Source of the DNA: Prorocentrum cordatum | Taxonomy: Eukaryota | Direction: 5' to 3' | DNA length: 56,616 nucleotides | NCBI GenBank assembly: GCA_963575745.1 | Contig: CAUYUJ010000083.1 | Span: forward strand, 62,001 to 118,616 | Shown here: one piece after another, positions 28,284-40,232 of the stretch | Numbering within the stretch: position 1 is the first letter of the stretch | How the letters are laid out: each line of letters starts with the position of its first letter | Notes under the pieces: generated by a model | The model's input: only the letters and a program-made list of their open reading frames with translations | Told to the model about the DNA's origin: nothing | Database searches by the model: none | Position numbers and translations under genes: made by a program

Positions 28284-30148
28284 GGAGATGTTTAGAAGGA
28301 AAAGGGACGGAGGAGGAGGAGGAGGAGCAGGATAACCAGATGGAGGATGAACAGGAGGAGGAGGAGGCAGGAGGAGGAGGAGGAGGAGGAGAAGGAGAAG
28401 CAGAAGGAGGACCAGGAGGAGGAGGCAGGAGGAGGAGGAGGAGGCAGGAGGAGGAGGAGGAGGAGGAGGAGGAGGAGGAGGAGGAGGAGGAGGGAGGAGG
28501 AGGACGAGGACGAGGACCGAGGACGACCGTCCGTCGCATGTGTGCCTTTCCGTTTTCACTTCCTTACAGCTCATTCGGGCCGTCATCTGCATCTTCATCT
28601 CCATCTCCATCTTCATATTCATCTTCATCTCCATCTTCATCTCCATCTTCATCTTCATCGTCATCTCTATCTTCATCTTCTTCTTTATCTTCTTCTTCAT
28701 CTTCATCTTCATCTTCATCTTCATCTCATCTTCATCTTCATCTTCATCTTCATCATCATCCCCCCCCCTCCCTCCCTTCTCCCTTCTCCCTCCTTCCTCC
28801 TCCCTCCTCCTCCTCCCTCCTCCCCCTCCTCCCTCCTCCCTCCTCCCTCCTCCCTCCTTCCTCCTCCCTCCTCCCTCGCAGTCTCCCTTCTCCTTTCTTC
28901 CTCCCCCCCTCCTCACGAATTTCCCTTCCCCCGTCGTCTGGGGCGCCGAGCCCGCCGCGGCCGGCGGCCGCGCGCCTGCGAGCCGGCCCGCGGCGTGAGG
29001 CAGTGCCGCTGGCAGGAGGCCGAGACGCACTTCACCCGGCTGTGTGGCCCGGCTGCCCCCTCCCTACGGGGCCCCAAAATATACCACCACCACCACCACC
29101 ACCACCACCTTCCTCACCCCTCCTCCTCCTCTTCCTCCTCCTCCTCCTCCTCCCCCTCCTCCTCCTCCCCCTCCTCCTCCTCCTCCTCCTCCTCCTCCTC
29201 CTCCTCTTACTCGTCCTCCTCCTCCTGCTGTTCCTGTTCGTGGGGGACCCAGGCCGCCAACGGAGGCGCAAAGAGGATGGCGCCTCGCGCGTCGCTGTCT
29301 GGGCCGGAGCAGCTGCCCTTCTCCAAGGGGGTGGCGCTGTGGCGCGAGGGCGCGGAGACAACCGCGCGGCGCGTGGCGCGATGCGCGAAGCTAGGTGACT
29401 GGGGCGGTGTGGAGGTTTTTTGGTGGTGAAGGTGGTTCCCCGGCTGCCACCTCCCTCGCCCCCTACCTTTACCAGGAAAGAGGAGAGGAAGAGGAGGGTA
29501 CAGGAGGGAGGAGGAATCGACGTGGCGGTGGTGTACACTCGTGGGGCCCGCAATCCCCCCCGCAGGAATGGACGCAACCTCTCCAGCGATGGACCATCGT
29601 TGCGGCTGTGTTCGCAGGGGGATGGACCATGGCGTCTTTATCGTCATGGCCATCGCAACGGGGGGGAGGGGCGACGGGGAGGGGGGGGGGCAGGGAGAGG
29701 GGGGGGAGGGGGGGGGAAGAGGAGAAGGGCGATACGGGGGAGAAGGCCAATGGCGACGGGGGAATGGGAGGAGGCGGGCGGGTGAGGAGGCGGGAGGGGG
29801 AAAAGTGGGAGGGAGAGGGGGAGGAAGGAGGAGGAGGGAGGAGAGGAGGAAACAGAGGAGGTGGAGGAGGAGGAGGAGCAGGAGGAGCAGGAGGAGGAGG
29901 AGGAGGCGGAGGAGGAGGAGGCGGAGGAGGAGGAGGAGGACGAGGAGGAGGAGGAGGAGGAGGAGGAGGAGGAGGAGGAGGAGGAGGAGGAGGAGGAGGA
30001 AGAGGATACGACGCTGGCTGGGAGCGGCCGCGCTGTCGAGGTCGCGCGAGGGCCGCCACCACAGAGAGAGGCGGACGTAAGCGCCGCCTCGCGCCGTGCA
30101 AGAAGGCAGTCCCCCCACCCGCGGGATCACGGGGGCCAGCCACAGGCG

Positions 30149-30352
30149 AAATATTCAGGCGATCGCAAGCATGGATCAAGGGGGCGTGGATTAGCGACGG
30201 GTCCCGTTTCCATTGGAAATCGCGGATTCCCGCCGCCGGGTGAGGCGGCACCGGCCGCGTTTTGGAGAGGGCACCTCCCCCGATCCATGGATTTGGCGAC
30301 CGCGCGCCAAGTCCATGGATCGCTAATCCATGTTTGCGCGCCCCCGAAATAT
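30149..30352. mobile_element. MITE-like element with imperfect terminal inverted repeats (related partial copy at 7046-7125)
   Basis: ATATTCAGGCGATCGCAAGCATGGAT at the left vs ATCCATGTTTGCGCGCCCCCGAAATAT at the right; the left ~80 bp recurs at 7046. Confidence 0.55.
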
Positions 30353-30389
30353 GGACAAGTGGTGTCATCAGGCAAGAAAAGTATGAGCA

Positions 30390-32320
30390 TCACTGGGAGC
30401 ACACCGTCGGGTGCTCCGCTCTCGCGGGGCAATCCCTGGCCACCAGGGAAAACAGCAGGGGCCAAAGGACGGACCCACATGACTTCAGGATCAGAAGCCT
30501 GGAGAGGCCGCGGCCCAGGGATCCTCCGCCCATCGGGGCGGCCTTCGTCGGCAGGATGCCGCCCTTCAGAAGCAGCTTTCTATTCCGAACGGCACGCTCT
30601 GAACTACGCCCTTTGCCAGCACAGTCGACGATGAGGTGTCCCGAGGTCCCCGTGGAATAAAACCCGCAGGAGACGCAAACCACACAGTGCGTCGCCGAGA
30701 CCCACAGGCGATGGCCTCGTGGGTCCTCGGCAGGGACAGTCCCCGAGGACGGGCGGGCCCGACTCGGCACATCAGAAGCAGCCGCACGCGGCCGCGGGTT
30801 TCGGACAGCCTCCATTTTCGTCTTCCTGCGCTTGGACGGCGCAAAAGCAGGGCCAGAGCGGTCGGGGGCGGAAAATTCTGCCACAGCAGCCTGCATCTCG
30901 GCAGCCCCCGCCGTCCTGACCTGGACCATCGGCTCAAAGGACACCCGTCATCGCATCGAGCGACCACGAGAGGACCCCCACCCGAGTCAGACGCCCCAGG
31001 CCCAGGCGGACCGTCCCCAGCGAGCCCCCGAGGGACCAGAGGACCCACGCGAGGACGAGCCGAGCGAGACGAGTCGACGACAGGAGAGGCGGCACGACGG
31101 CGACGGCGAGCACCGTCGCCAGCCCCAGGGGCAGGATCGGGCTCTCCCCCCCCCGCCGCCGCGCCGCGCCTCACCTGCTGCCCGAGGTCGCTCGCCCCTC
31201 CAGCAGCTTCGACGCTGCCGAACGGCTGCAGCCCCGGAGCATCTGGGGAGGCAGGCCCCCCACCAGCGGCGCCAGGGGACGGCGACGCCGAGGAAAATCG
31301 GCCACCAGATCCAACCCAGGAGCTCGACTACCGTCCTTGGAGGGGGCAGAGGCAAGCAGGCGAGCAGGGCAAGAGAGAAGGGAGAGACGATCTCGAGTCT
31401 CGACAGTCCCTGAGCCCTTCTTACAAGAATTGCAACGCCACCTGGATCGACCGTGGACCCTGGTGAAGACATGCCGCAGCTCAGAGGAGCCTGGCGTCTC
31501 ATCCTGGACGGGCGCGAGACCTTCCCGAGGCCTCCGACCTTTGGCCCTGGGCCTCGAGTCGACCCTGGGCCCTGCAGAAAACAAAAGAGAAGCTTCCACA
31601 GCCCACCGCAAGGTCGCTTGGAAGCTCTTGAGGCCAAACCTCATGGCGTTACGAAGCGGCCCAGGTACAGCGTGAACGTCGCGACCACTCCTAGCCCCTA
31701 GACCAGCCCAGCGATTGCCGATCGCGTCGCGGGAGTTGCCACTCTGGTGGGCGTTTACCAGCTGCACGGAAATGCCAGCATCACGTCTTCCGTGGTCCTC
31801 GATGTTGGGCCACCTCTGCTCCCAGAGGTCGACATGGAGGCGTCGAGGAGTCAGACACCCAGGCCTGAAGTCCAGGCCATCCACGAGGCCCTTGAACTCA
31901 ATGCAAACAGTGAAGGGCGGGACCGCCACCCGAGGGACCTGGAGGGAAGCGACAGAGCTCGACCCGACGAGAAGTCTGTGCAGGCCCTGGCAGGGACCCG
32001 TGCACTAGAATGTCTACTTCTTGTCCCGGTGGTACCCGCAGCTGTGCAAACCTCCATCCAGCCCGCGAGCTTTCTGGCCAGAGCCACATATTGCGGCATG
32101 CCCCATCCGTGTACACCCTGCCCGAGATAATACATGGGTTAACGTACTGCACAATCCATCTACCACTATCATCACGCGGAGGGACTCCAGGGAAGCAAGA
32201 ATGCCAGATAAGGGCTCGAGTCCAAAGGATCGAATCTGAGCTGCAAGGCGGGAAGCCGCGGGTATCCACATCCTGCATACGAAGCTGTCGAGCTGCAGCC
32301 AGGTGCGGACATCGCCACAT
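30390..32320 (-). mobile_element. Decayed LINE-like 3' fragment (RNase H + C-terminal Cys motif)
   Basis: RVYTDGA, GRVEL, DLWEQ, LVNAHQ and GNRWAGLGA RNase H-like motifs; GHRLW..CVSCGFYS..C; frameshifted; boundaries approximate. Confidence 0.7.
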
Positions 32321-34256
32321 GAGGAGGAGGAAGAGGAGGATGAGGAGAAGGAGGAGGAGGAGGATGGTGAGGAGGAGGAGGAGGAGGAGGAGGAGGAGGA
32401 GGAGGAGGAGGAGGAGGCAGGAGGAGGAGGAGGAGGAGGAGGAGGAGAGGAGGAGGAGGAGGAGGAGGAGGAGTATATTCGCCTGCGTGTTTGCCGATGT
32501 GAAGCACCTTTCAGTCCACGTAGCCTGATACGCTATGGTCAGGCTCAGAAGCTTGGGGGGCCAAAACGCCGACACGGGACAACAGCTCAGGCCACCTCAG
32601 GAAGGATATTGGTGGCGGACTATGGGAATACGAACCAGAATCTGCTGAACCCAGAAGCAGAGGAAAGTAATAATGACGAGGAGGATGAAGGAGGGGGATG
32701 ATGATGAGGAGTAGGAAGGAGAGGAGGCGCGCGCATCGACGGTCCAACCGAACCGAGGAACGGGAGGAGGCCGATCAGAAGAACATGAAGAGGTGCACGC
32801 TGGTGTCGAACACTCTGAGCGGGAGGTGGGGATGGACGGCGGCCCTGCTCGCAAAGCGGCGAGGCCCCCTACCGTCCACCACTGCCACCATCTCCCGCCA
32901 GCCCCAGCGGCTCCAGGAACTCCACCTTGAGCTCCCGAATGAACGGCTCGCCAGGCATGACCACGCCGTCCTCGTCGAAGATGGCTGTGATCTCAGCGAA
33001 TTGAGCCCCGACAGCGCCGACCGACACCTCCACACCAGCGAGAGGCCCACGTCGGATACGAGCACGCGTGTCGGGGGCGATGGTGGGCGTGGCCATGTCC
33101 TTGTCCTTGCCCAGGCCCGACGGGCGCGGCGGCAGATCATCTGCCCAGGCGTCGTCGAAGTCGTCGGGGACCTCGTCGATAGCCATGCCGCTGCCTTCCA
33201 CCACCGCCGCCGCTGCCACCAGCGGCAGCCCGCCGCCGCGAGCGTCAGGAGCTCCGAGAGGTGCCGACGCGCTGCCCGCGCCTCCGCGCCCGCGGCGGCG
33301 CCGTCGGCGCCGAGGCGCCGCCGTGCCACCTGCAGGCGCCGGCACGGGCGCCACCTCCAGAGCGCCAAGCGCGGCGACGGCTGCCCGCAACAGCCCCTCG
33401 GCCGCACGCAGCAGCCGCACTCCCTCGCGAGAGTGACCAGCGGCCAGGCCGCTGGCGGCGTGCGCGGCCAGGAGGGCCCCACGCGAGGCCTCCACGGCGC
33501 AGCGATGCCCATCCGTCGCCCGCGGCATCGGTGCGCAGCGACCCAACGGGGTTGAGCCAGCGATGCGAACTTGAGCCGAGCTGGGCTTAGGAAGGAGAGG
33601 AGGAGGATGAGGAGGATGAGTAGGAGGAGAAAGAGGAGAATACGCATGATGAAGGATGGCGAGGAAGAGGAGGAGGATGAGAATGAGGAGGAGGATGAGG
33701 ATGAGGATGAGGATGAGGAGGAGGAGGAGGAGGAAAGAGGAGGGATGATGAGGAGGAATGATGACCAGTGTAAACCCAGGACGCATCAACGGTGTGTCAA
33801 CCGACCTCTTGGGGCTCTCCTGGGCCGTCTTGGGACCATCTTGAGGCCTCAATAGCTCATCGGAAACGAAAAGGCGAGAAGGCAAGCAACATTGAGTTCC
33901 TTGGTTTCGGAGCCATTTTGGCCTCTTGGGGGGGTCCTTGGAGGACTCGGAGGGCACTTGAAACCGTCTTGGGGTCTTCTTGAGGCCTCTAAGCTGTGTG
34001 TCGGAGGCTCTCTTGAACCATCTTGAGGTATCTTGAGCCAACTCGTAGGCCATCTTGCGCTCTCCGAGGCCCTCTTTGGGCCATCTTGGACGCTCTAACC
34101 CCTCGCGGGGCGCCCCTTCGAGGCCCAGGGGAGGGGTAAGGGGAGGAAGCTTTGGCAGAGAGAAAACAAATTTCGTTAAACCGCCTACGCCCAGAGGGCT
34201 GGTCCCGGGGCCAGTTACGGCGCAGCCGGATGCGGAAAGATGTCAATGTTCCGCCA

Positions 34257-34473
34257 TGTGATCGTTTTCTGACTCATTGTTTTGCCGATTGGCGCGGGCC
34301 CTCGCACACCCCCCTCCCCCCCCTCATGGAGTACATCTTGGCAGTTTTTGGCGTGGGGTCTCCCCAGTACGACGCACTGTTCCAAGCAGTGGCGCCAAGC
34401 AGAGGTCCAGAGCCAGATCCCCGCCTCCCCCACTTCCGCCCAATGTCGAAACGCCGAATAAGAAAACGCTCAC
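34257..34473 (+). repeat. Dispersed repeat family Z, copy 2
   Basis: Collinear with 19965-20210. Confidence 0.8.
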
Positions 34474-34793
34474 GATGATTTTTTCATGACGCGAGGCAGT
34501 CTGGGTCGGGCGAGCCTGGGCGTCCGCTTCCGAGGGGAGTCCGCCGGCTGCTGCCTCGAGCCAGGCGAGTCCGACCGCAACAACGTTGCTGCCATCAGGA
34601 CCGGGGCCTTGCTGTGAGGAGGAGGGAGGGCGGAGGGAGGGAGGGAGCAGGAAGGAGGGAGGGAGGAGGAAGAGGATGAGAGGAGGGAGGAGGAGGAGGA
34701 GGAGGGAGGGAGGGAGGGGAGGGGAGTGGAGGGGATAGGAGGGGGGAAGGAGGAAGGGGTAATGTGATGATGATGACCCTGGTCCCAGCATGC

Positions 34794-35765
34794 TCACCAT
34801 TCGTCTTCACTGATTGCTTTTGTTTTCTCCTCAAGCTTTTGCAAGACTTTTACTCGTCGGTATCCGTCGCTGTATGCTCTCATCATGCTGTCTCTGTTGA
34901 CTGGCGGCGTGAGCTGGCTGATATACGCGCGCACCACGTGCATGTCTATGTTCACGTACACTGGCACATGGTCGTGGAGGTGCGTGCTCACGTATCTCTG
35001 CAACTTTCGTCCTAGTCCAGGGAGATGATGGAATTGCCGAATTCGTCCTTTGCACTCTATGGGCAAAGCGATGTGATCAATCTTGCTCCTGTGGGGTCCT
35101 TTGCAGTATGTGGCTCCCGAGTCCCAGAACGTGTCCGCGAGCGCTAAGTAGTTGCTGGCGGGGAAGTCGTGAACCGTCGTGCTAGTCTTGCTCTCGATCG
35201 CTGGCTCACGTATTCGTACACTCGGGGTCTCCACTTTGAATCGTCTTCCTGTTGTGTCCGCCTGCCATCCAAAACTGCAATGGAAATCGCCTGCGACGAT
35301 GGGGAGACAGGAGTGCCCGAGCTTGTCCGTCTCCTGCTCGACCCACTGCAACATCCTCTTGGTAATCGTGCACAGCATGCTGGCTGCGAGGCCTTTCGGC
35401 GGTGTGTGTGTATATATATATATCGGGAACACTGCAAGCGAAGTGCTCCCCATGTTGAATTGTGCCATGGCCACTCTGCCCGTGATTCCAAGATGTGGGG
35501 GTGGCGTGGCGACTCTCATCAATGTCCCTCGCAGCCTTTTGCCGCACAGTATTGCCAGCCCGCAAGAATTGTTCGTGCCTCGTGCTCGGCGCCACCCGAA
35601 TTGCAGCGCTTGGTGAAAGGGGAGTTGGCACTTCGTGACGTCGGCATCTCTAGCGGCTCGGCCCGTCCCTATGGCAAAGTATATGTCGATGCTCTCGGTC
35701 TGAACTGAAATCTTTTCAAGTCTCGTAAAATCTGCCCATTGAGCATTATGAAACAGTATCTTCAT
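34794..35765 (-). pseudogene. APE-like (exo/endo/phosphatase) endonuclease domain, LINE ORF2 N-terminal fragment
   Basis: MKILFHNA, GLAIL, IVAGDFH, TY..SKIDHI and HDHVPV motifs in the expected order; truncated at microsatellite-rich sequence. Confidence 0.75.
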
Positions 35766-36182
35766 TATGCGGATTGTGTGTGTGGTGTGTGTAAAATAGA
35801 CCGTCTGCCGCTGCCGCCCGAGTGGCACTGTCCAGCTGCTCTGCCCTCGCTGCCTGCACACAGAGATGTGGTGTGCGGGGCTGCGCTGCGGGGAGCTCTC
35901 GGGCGCTTGTGCCTGGGCGGCTCCTGGGAGGGGAGGAGGAGGAGGAGGCGGAGGAGGAGGAGGAGGAGGAGGCGGAGAGAGGAGGAGGAGGAGGAGGAGG
36001 AGGAGGAGGGGAGGAGGCGGAGGGGGAGGAGGAGGAGGAGGCGGAGGAGGAGGAGGAGGGGAGGAGGAGGAGGAGGAGGAGGAGGTTTCCCTCTGTGGGC
36101 AGTGGGCCTCGCGCCCCCCGCGGAGCCCTCCCCCCCCCAGTCTGCCCCCGCCTCGCGCGGAGGGCGCCCCCTCGCCGCCCAG

Positions 36183-36246
36183 GACGCTCGCGCTCGTGAA
36201 GTACAAGCTGCGGAAGCAGGACTCGTGCCGCAGGTGCTGCGACGAG
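36183..36246 (+). CDS. Putative short exon of a second host gene
   Basis: CAG|G acceptor, AG|GC donor, GC3-rich TLALVKYKLRKQDSCRRCCDE. Confidence 0.35.
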
Positions 36247-37526
36247 GCCGCGCGTCGGCCCGGCCCCTCGCGGCACCGCGCGCGGGCCCCGCTGCTAATT
36301 TTCCCACCTCCTCCTTCCTCCACTCCCTCCTCCACTCCCGCTTCCCTGCTCCCCCCCTGCTCCCTTCCCTCTCCCCCTCCTCGTCCTCCTCCTTCTCCCC
36401 CTCCTCCCCGGCCTCCCCGTCCTCCCCCGCGTCCTCATCCTCACTTCTCCCGTCCTCATCTCTCCCCCTCCTCTCTTCCCCTCACCCTTCTTTCCTTCTT
36501 CCCTTCCTCCCTCCTTCGGAGGAGGAGGAGGAGAAGGATGCGGAAGTAGAAGAGGAGGAGGAGGAGGAGGAGGAGGAGGAGGAGGAGGAGGAGGAGGAGG
36601 AGGAGAGAGGACGGGAGGATGGGAGGACGGGAGGATGGGAGGAGAGGAGGCAGTGAGGGAGGAGGAGGAGGGAGCAGTACGCATGGCGATGTGAACGAGC
36701 AGGATGAGGAGTTGAAGGTGACGGATCATGAGGAGCGGTTGATGATGCAGAATGGGTGTAGGAGACTCTCATCCCAACATGTCCTCTCCGCTCCGTCCTG
36801 CTCCTTCTGATCTCGGCGCGCATAGCGCTCGGCCCCGCGCGCAAGGGAGCTCTGCAGCGTCTCCCTCACATCCCTGCCGTCTCCTCCCTTGCATTCGACG
36901 TCACGAATTTTCGTGGCATGGCTCCCTGGACCTCTCGACCTCATCCCATATATTGTCCCTTCCTGTGGGGCTGTGTCGTTTTTCGTGGTCCCAGGGCTCG
37001 AAGCGGGCCTCCGCACGCGAAGACTGCGAACAGAGCCGTCACGACTTGTGCATGGCGGCAGTCCAGTCCCGCTCTGCCACGGAGGAGGAGGAGGAGGAGG
37101 AGGAGGAGGAGGAGGAGGAGGAGGAGGAGGAGGAGGAGGAGGAGGAGGAGGAGGAGGAGGAGGAGGAGGAGGAGGAGGAGAGGAGGAGGAGAGTCCAGTC
37201 CCGTCCTCCTCTCCTGCTGCCGCCGCCGCTGCCGTCACCGCTGCGCCGCCTCCGCCTCCGCCCAGGCCACTGCATCCAAAGCTGCTCCCTCGGTCCAGTT
37301 ATTCTTCGCCGTCGTGGTGGCGGGGTTGTCGTGGTCGTCGTCGGCTTTGTCGTCATCGTCGTTGTCCTCCTCCTCCTATTTCTCCCCACCCGAACTTTAC
37401 CTTCCTTTCCACCCGCTCCCTGTTCCCCTCCCGCCCTCCTCCTGCTCCTCGTTCTCGTCCTCGTCCCCGTCCGCCTCCCTCTCAGCCTCCCCCTCCGCCC
37501 GTCTGCGTCGTGCTCCTCCCGGTGAG

Positions 37527-37603
37527 GCGCTGCGGCTGGAGCCGCTCTGCGCAGACGCGCTGTGGCTCCTCGCGGAGCTGAGCCGCGACGCCAGCGACGA
37601 CAG
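37527..37603 (+). CDS. Putative short exon, TPR-like peptide
   Basis: AG|G acceptor, AG|GA donor, ALRLEPLCADALWLLAELSRDASDD. Confidence 0.4.
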
Positions 37604-37633
37604 GAGCGCCCCTCTTTCTTTCTCTCTTCACCA

Positions 37634-37798
37634 CCTACCAAACCACCCCAACCCAACCCGAAGGCCTCAATTTGCCCTCCATTTCCAGTGGTGGGGGGGT
37701 CGGGGAACGTTGAAAAAACACATGGTATCCGTACCCCCCCCAACCCGAAATTCGGGTCAAATTCGGGTCTTCGGGTTGGGTTGGGGTGGTCTGGTAGG
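37634..37798. mobile_element. 165-bp MITE-like element
   Basis: 30-bp inverted repeat with 1 mismatch: CCTACCAAACCACCCCAACCCAACCCGAAG (37634-37663) vs 37769-37798. Confidence 0.75.
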
Positions 37799-37844
37799 CA
37801 GTCATCTCTGCACCTTCGAGGGAGGCTGGCACATACCCCTCGGC

Positions 37845-38030
37845 TTCACGCAAGAGTGGCCTCTCGCCGGAGTGACCCCTGGTCTCCCGAGGGCCCCCAC
37901 CCGATCGCGGACTGCGATGCGACAGCAGCGGCTTGCGCGCCTGGTGGTGCCCCCCAAGGGCCCCACCCCCCCTCGGGCCGCGCACCAGAAGGTCACTCTT
38001 GCCTAGGGTCAGCTCTTGCGCGTAGCCGAA
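37845..38030. repeat. Dispersed repeat family Y, copy 2
   Basis: Collinear with 8880-9061. Confidence 0.65.
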
Positions 38031-39344
38031 CCTCTGGTGGCTCGAAACCTGCGCGCCTCGAAACCTGGGCGCCCCCGAGGGAGGCCGGCACATACCTCCT
38101 GGTGGCTCGAAACACTTTTCCGTTGCGGAGCGTCAGAGGCAATCCGTCGGAAACTGGAACATATACATCACCAGTGGCGGGCTGTTTTTTAATCCCAGGA
38201 CTTCTTGAGGGTCGAGGACGACGCTGGGGTGGTGTGGTGTACACTTTTTTCCCCGATGTCCCAGGGAAACAACGAAACATGTATACACCAGGGTCCCGTA
38301 TACATCAGGATCCGCTCTCCAGTGCAAATGCCAATGTCGGGCCGGAAGAAGCGTCGGTGCATAGAGTTCGATTCCCCAATCCGCTCGCGCGTCGGGGCGA
38401 GACCGGGACACGGCGTCGCGAGTTGGGCCGCATGCGGGGGAAGAGGAATGAGGAGAGGGGGCGGCCGCGGAGAGGGCGGAGCCGGGCGCGGGGGCACTCT
38501 CACGCAGCAAGGCTGCGGCGAGAGCGCGGGGAGCGGCCAGGCTGAAGGGCAGCCCCTGGCAGCTGCCGCGGGCCGGCGTCGCAAAGCGCCGCTTACTTTT
38601 CACCTCCCGCACCCGGGGGCTGTCCCAGGCCCTGGGGCCGTCAGCGATGCAGTCGGGAAGGGGCCAGGCCCAAGCGGGGGGCGTTCAGGGCTCCAGCACG
38701 CCGGCGACGCGAGCAGATCGGGTGGGAGGTCTGGGGAGGCCAGGGGGCCCTGGCGTGGAGAAGGGTGGACTTCTCCTCCTCCTCCTCCCTCCTCCCTCCC
38801 CCTCTTTGCTCATCCTCCTCCCTCTCTTTTCTCCTCTTTCCTCCTCTTCCTCTTTCCCCCTCTTTCCTCCTCCTCATCTTTCCTCCTCGTTCTCCTCCTC
38901 CCTCCTCCTCTTCCTCCTCCTTCTCCTCCTCCTCCTCGTCTTCCTCTTCCTCCTTCCTCCTCCTCCTCTTTCTTTTTCTTTCCTCCTCTTCCTCCTCCTC
39001 CTGTTTCCTCCTCTCTCCTGTTTCCCTCCTCTTGCCGCCTTCTCCCCAGGGGGCGTCGACGGGCCGTGGGGTACTGGCCGCAGGTGCCCTCCCAGGCTGC
39101 CAGAAGGGGACGCCTGAGGTTCTAGGACGGCTGGGGGCTGGGGGCGCTTCTGACGCCCGACGAGGGGGGGGGGCGAGGTGGAGGAGAATGAGGAGGAGGA
39201 GGAGGTGGAGAAGGAGGAGGCGGAGACGGAGGAGGAGGAGGGAGAGGGGGAGGAGGGGGAGGAGGAGGAGGAGGAGGAGGAGGAGGAGGAGGAGGAGGAG
39301 ACGGAGGAGGAGGAGGAGGAAGAGGAGACGATGATGACAATGAT

Positions 39345-39375
<31 letters not shown>

Positions 39376-39490
39376 CTGCTGATGTTGATGATGAGGATCA
39401 TGCTGATGATGATGGTGATGCTGATGCTGCTGCTCATGATGATGATGATGATGATGATGCTGATGATGATGATGATGATGATGATGATGC

Positions 39491-39530
<40 letters not shown>

Positions 39531-39538
39531 ATGATGAT

Positions 39539-39657
<119 letters not shown>

Positions 39658-39835
39658 ACGGCAGGTGACGCTGATGTGGATGGTGATGGTGATGACGATA
39701 ATGACGATAATGCTGCTGAAGATGCTGGTGATATGATGACGATGATGATGACGACGATGCTGATGATGCTGCTGCTGGCGATGATGATGACGATGCTGCT
39801 GGTGATGATGATGATGCTGATGCTGATGCTGATGC

Positions 39836-39884
<49 letters not shown>

Positions 39885-39885
39885 A

Positions 39886-39925
<40 letters not shown>

Positions 39926-39926
39926 C

Positions 39927-40004
<78 letters not shown>

Positions 40005-40232
40005 ACTGATGATGATGATGCTGATGGTGGTAATGCGATGATGGTGGTGATACTGCTGCTGTTGATGATGATGGTGATTTCATGATGATGATGACCATCA
40101 TGCTGATGACAACGATGATGCTGGTGATGATGCTGCTGCTGATGATGATGATGATCATGATGATGCTGATGGTGGTAATGTGATGCTGGTGATGATGCTG
40201 CTGCTTCTGCAATAGATGATGATGGTGATGAT

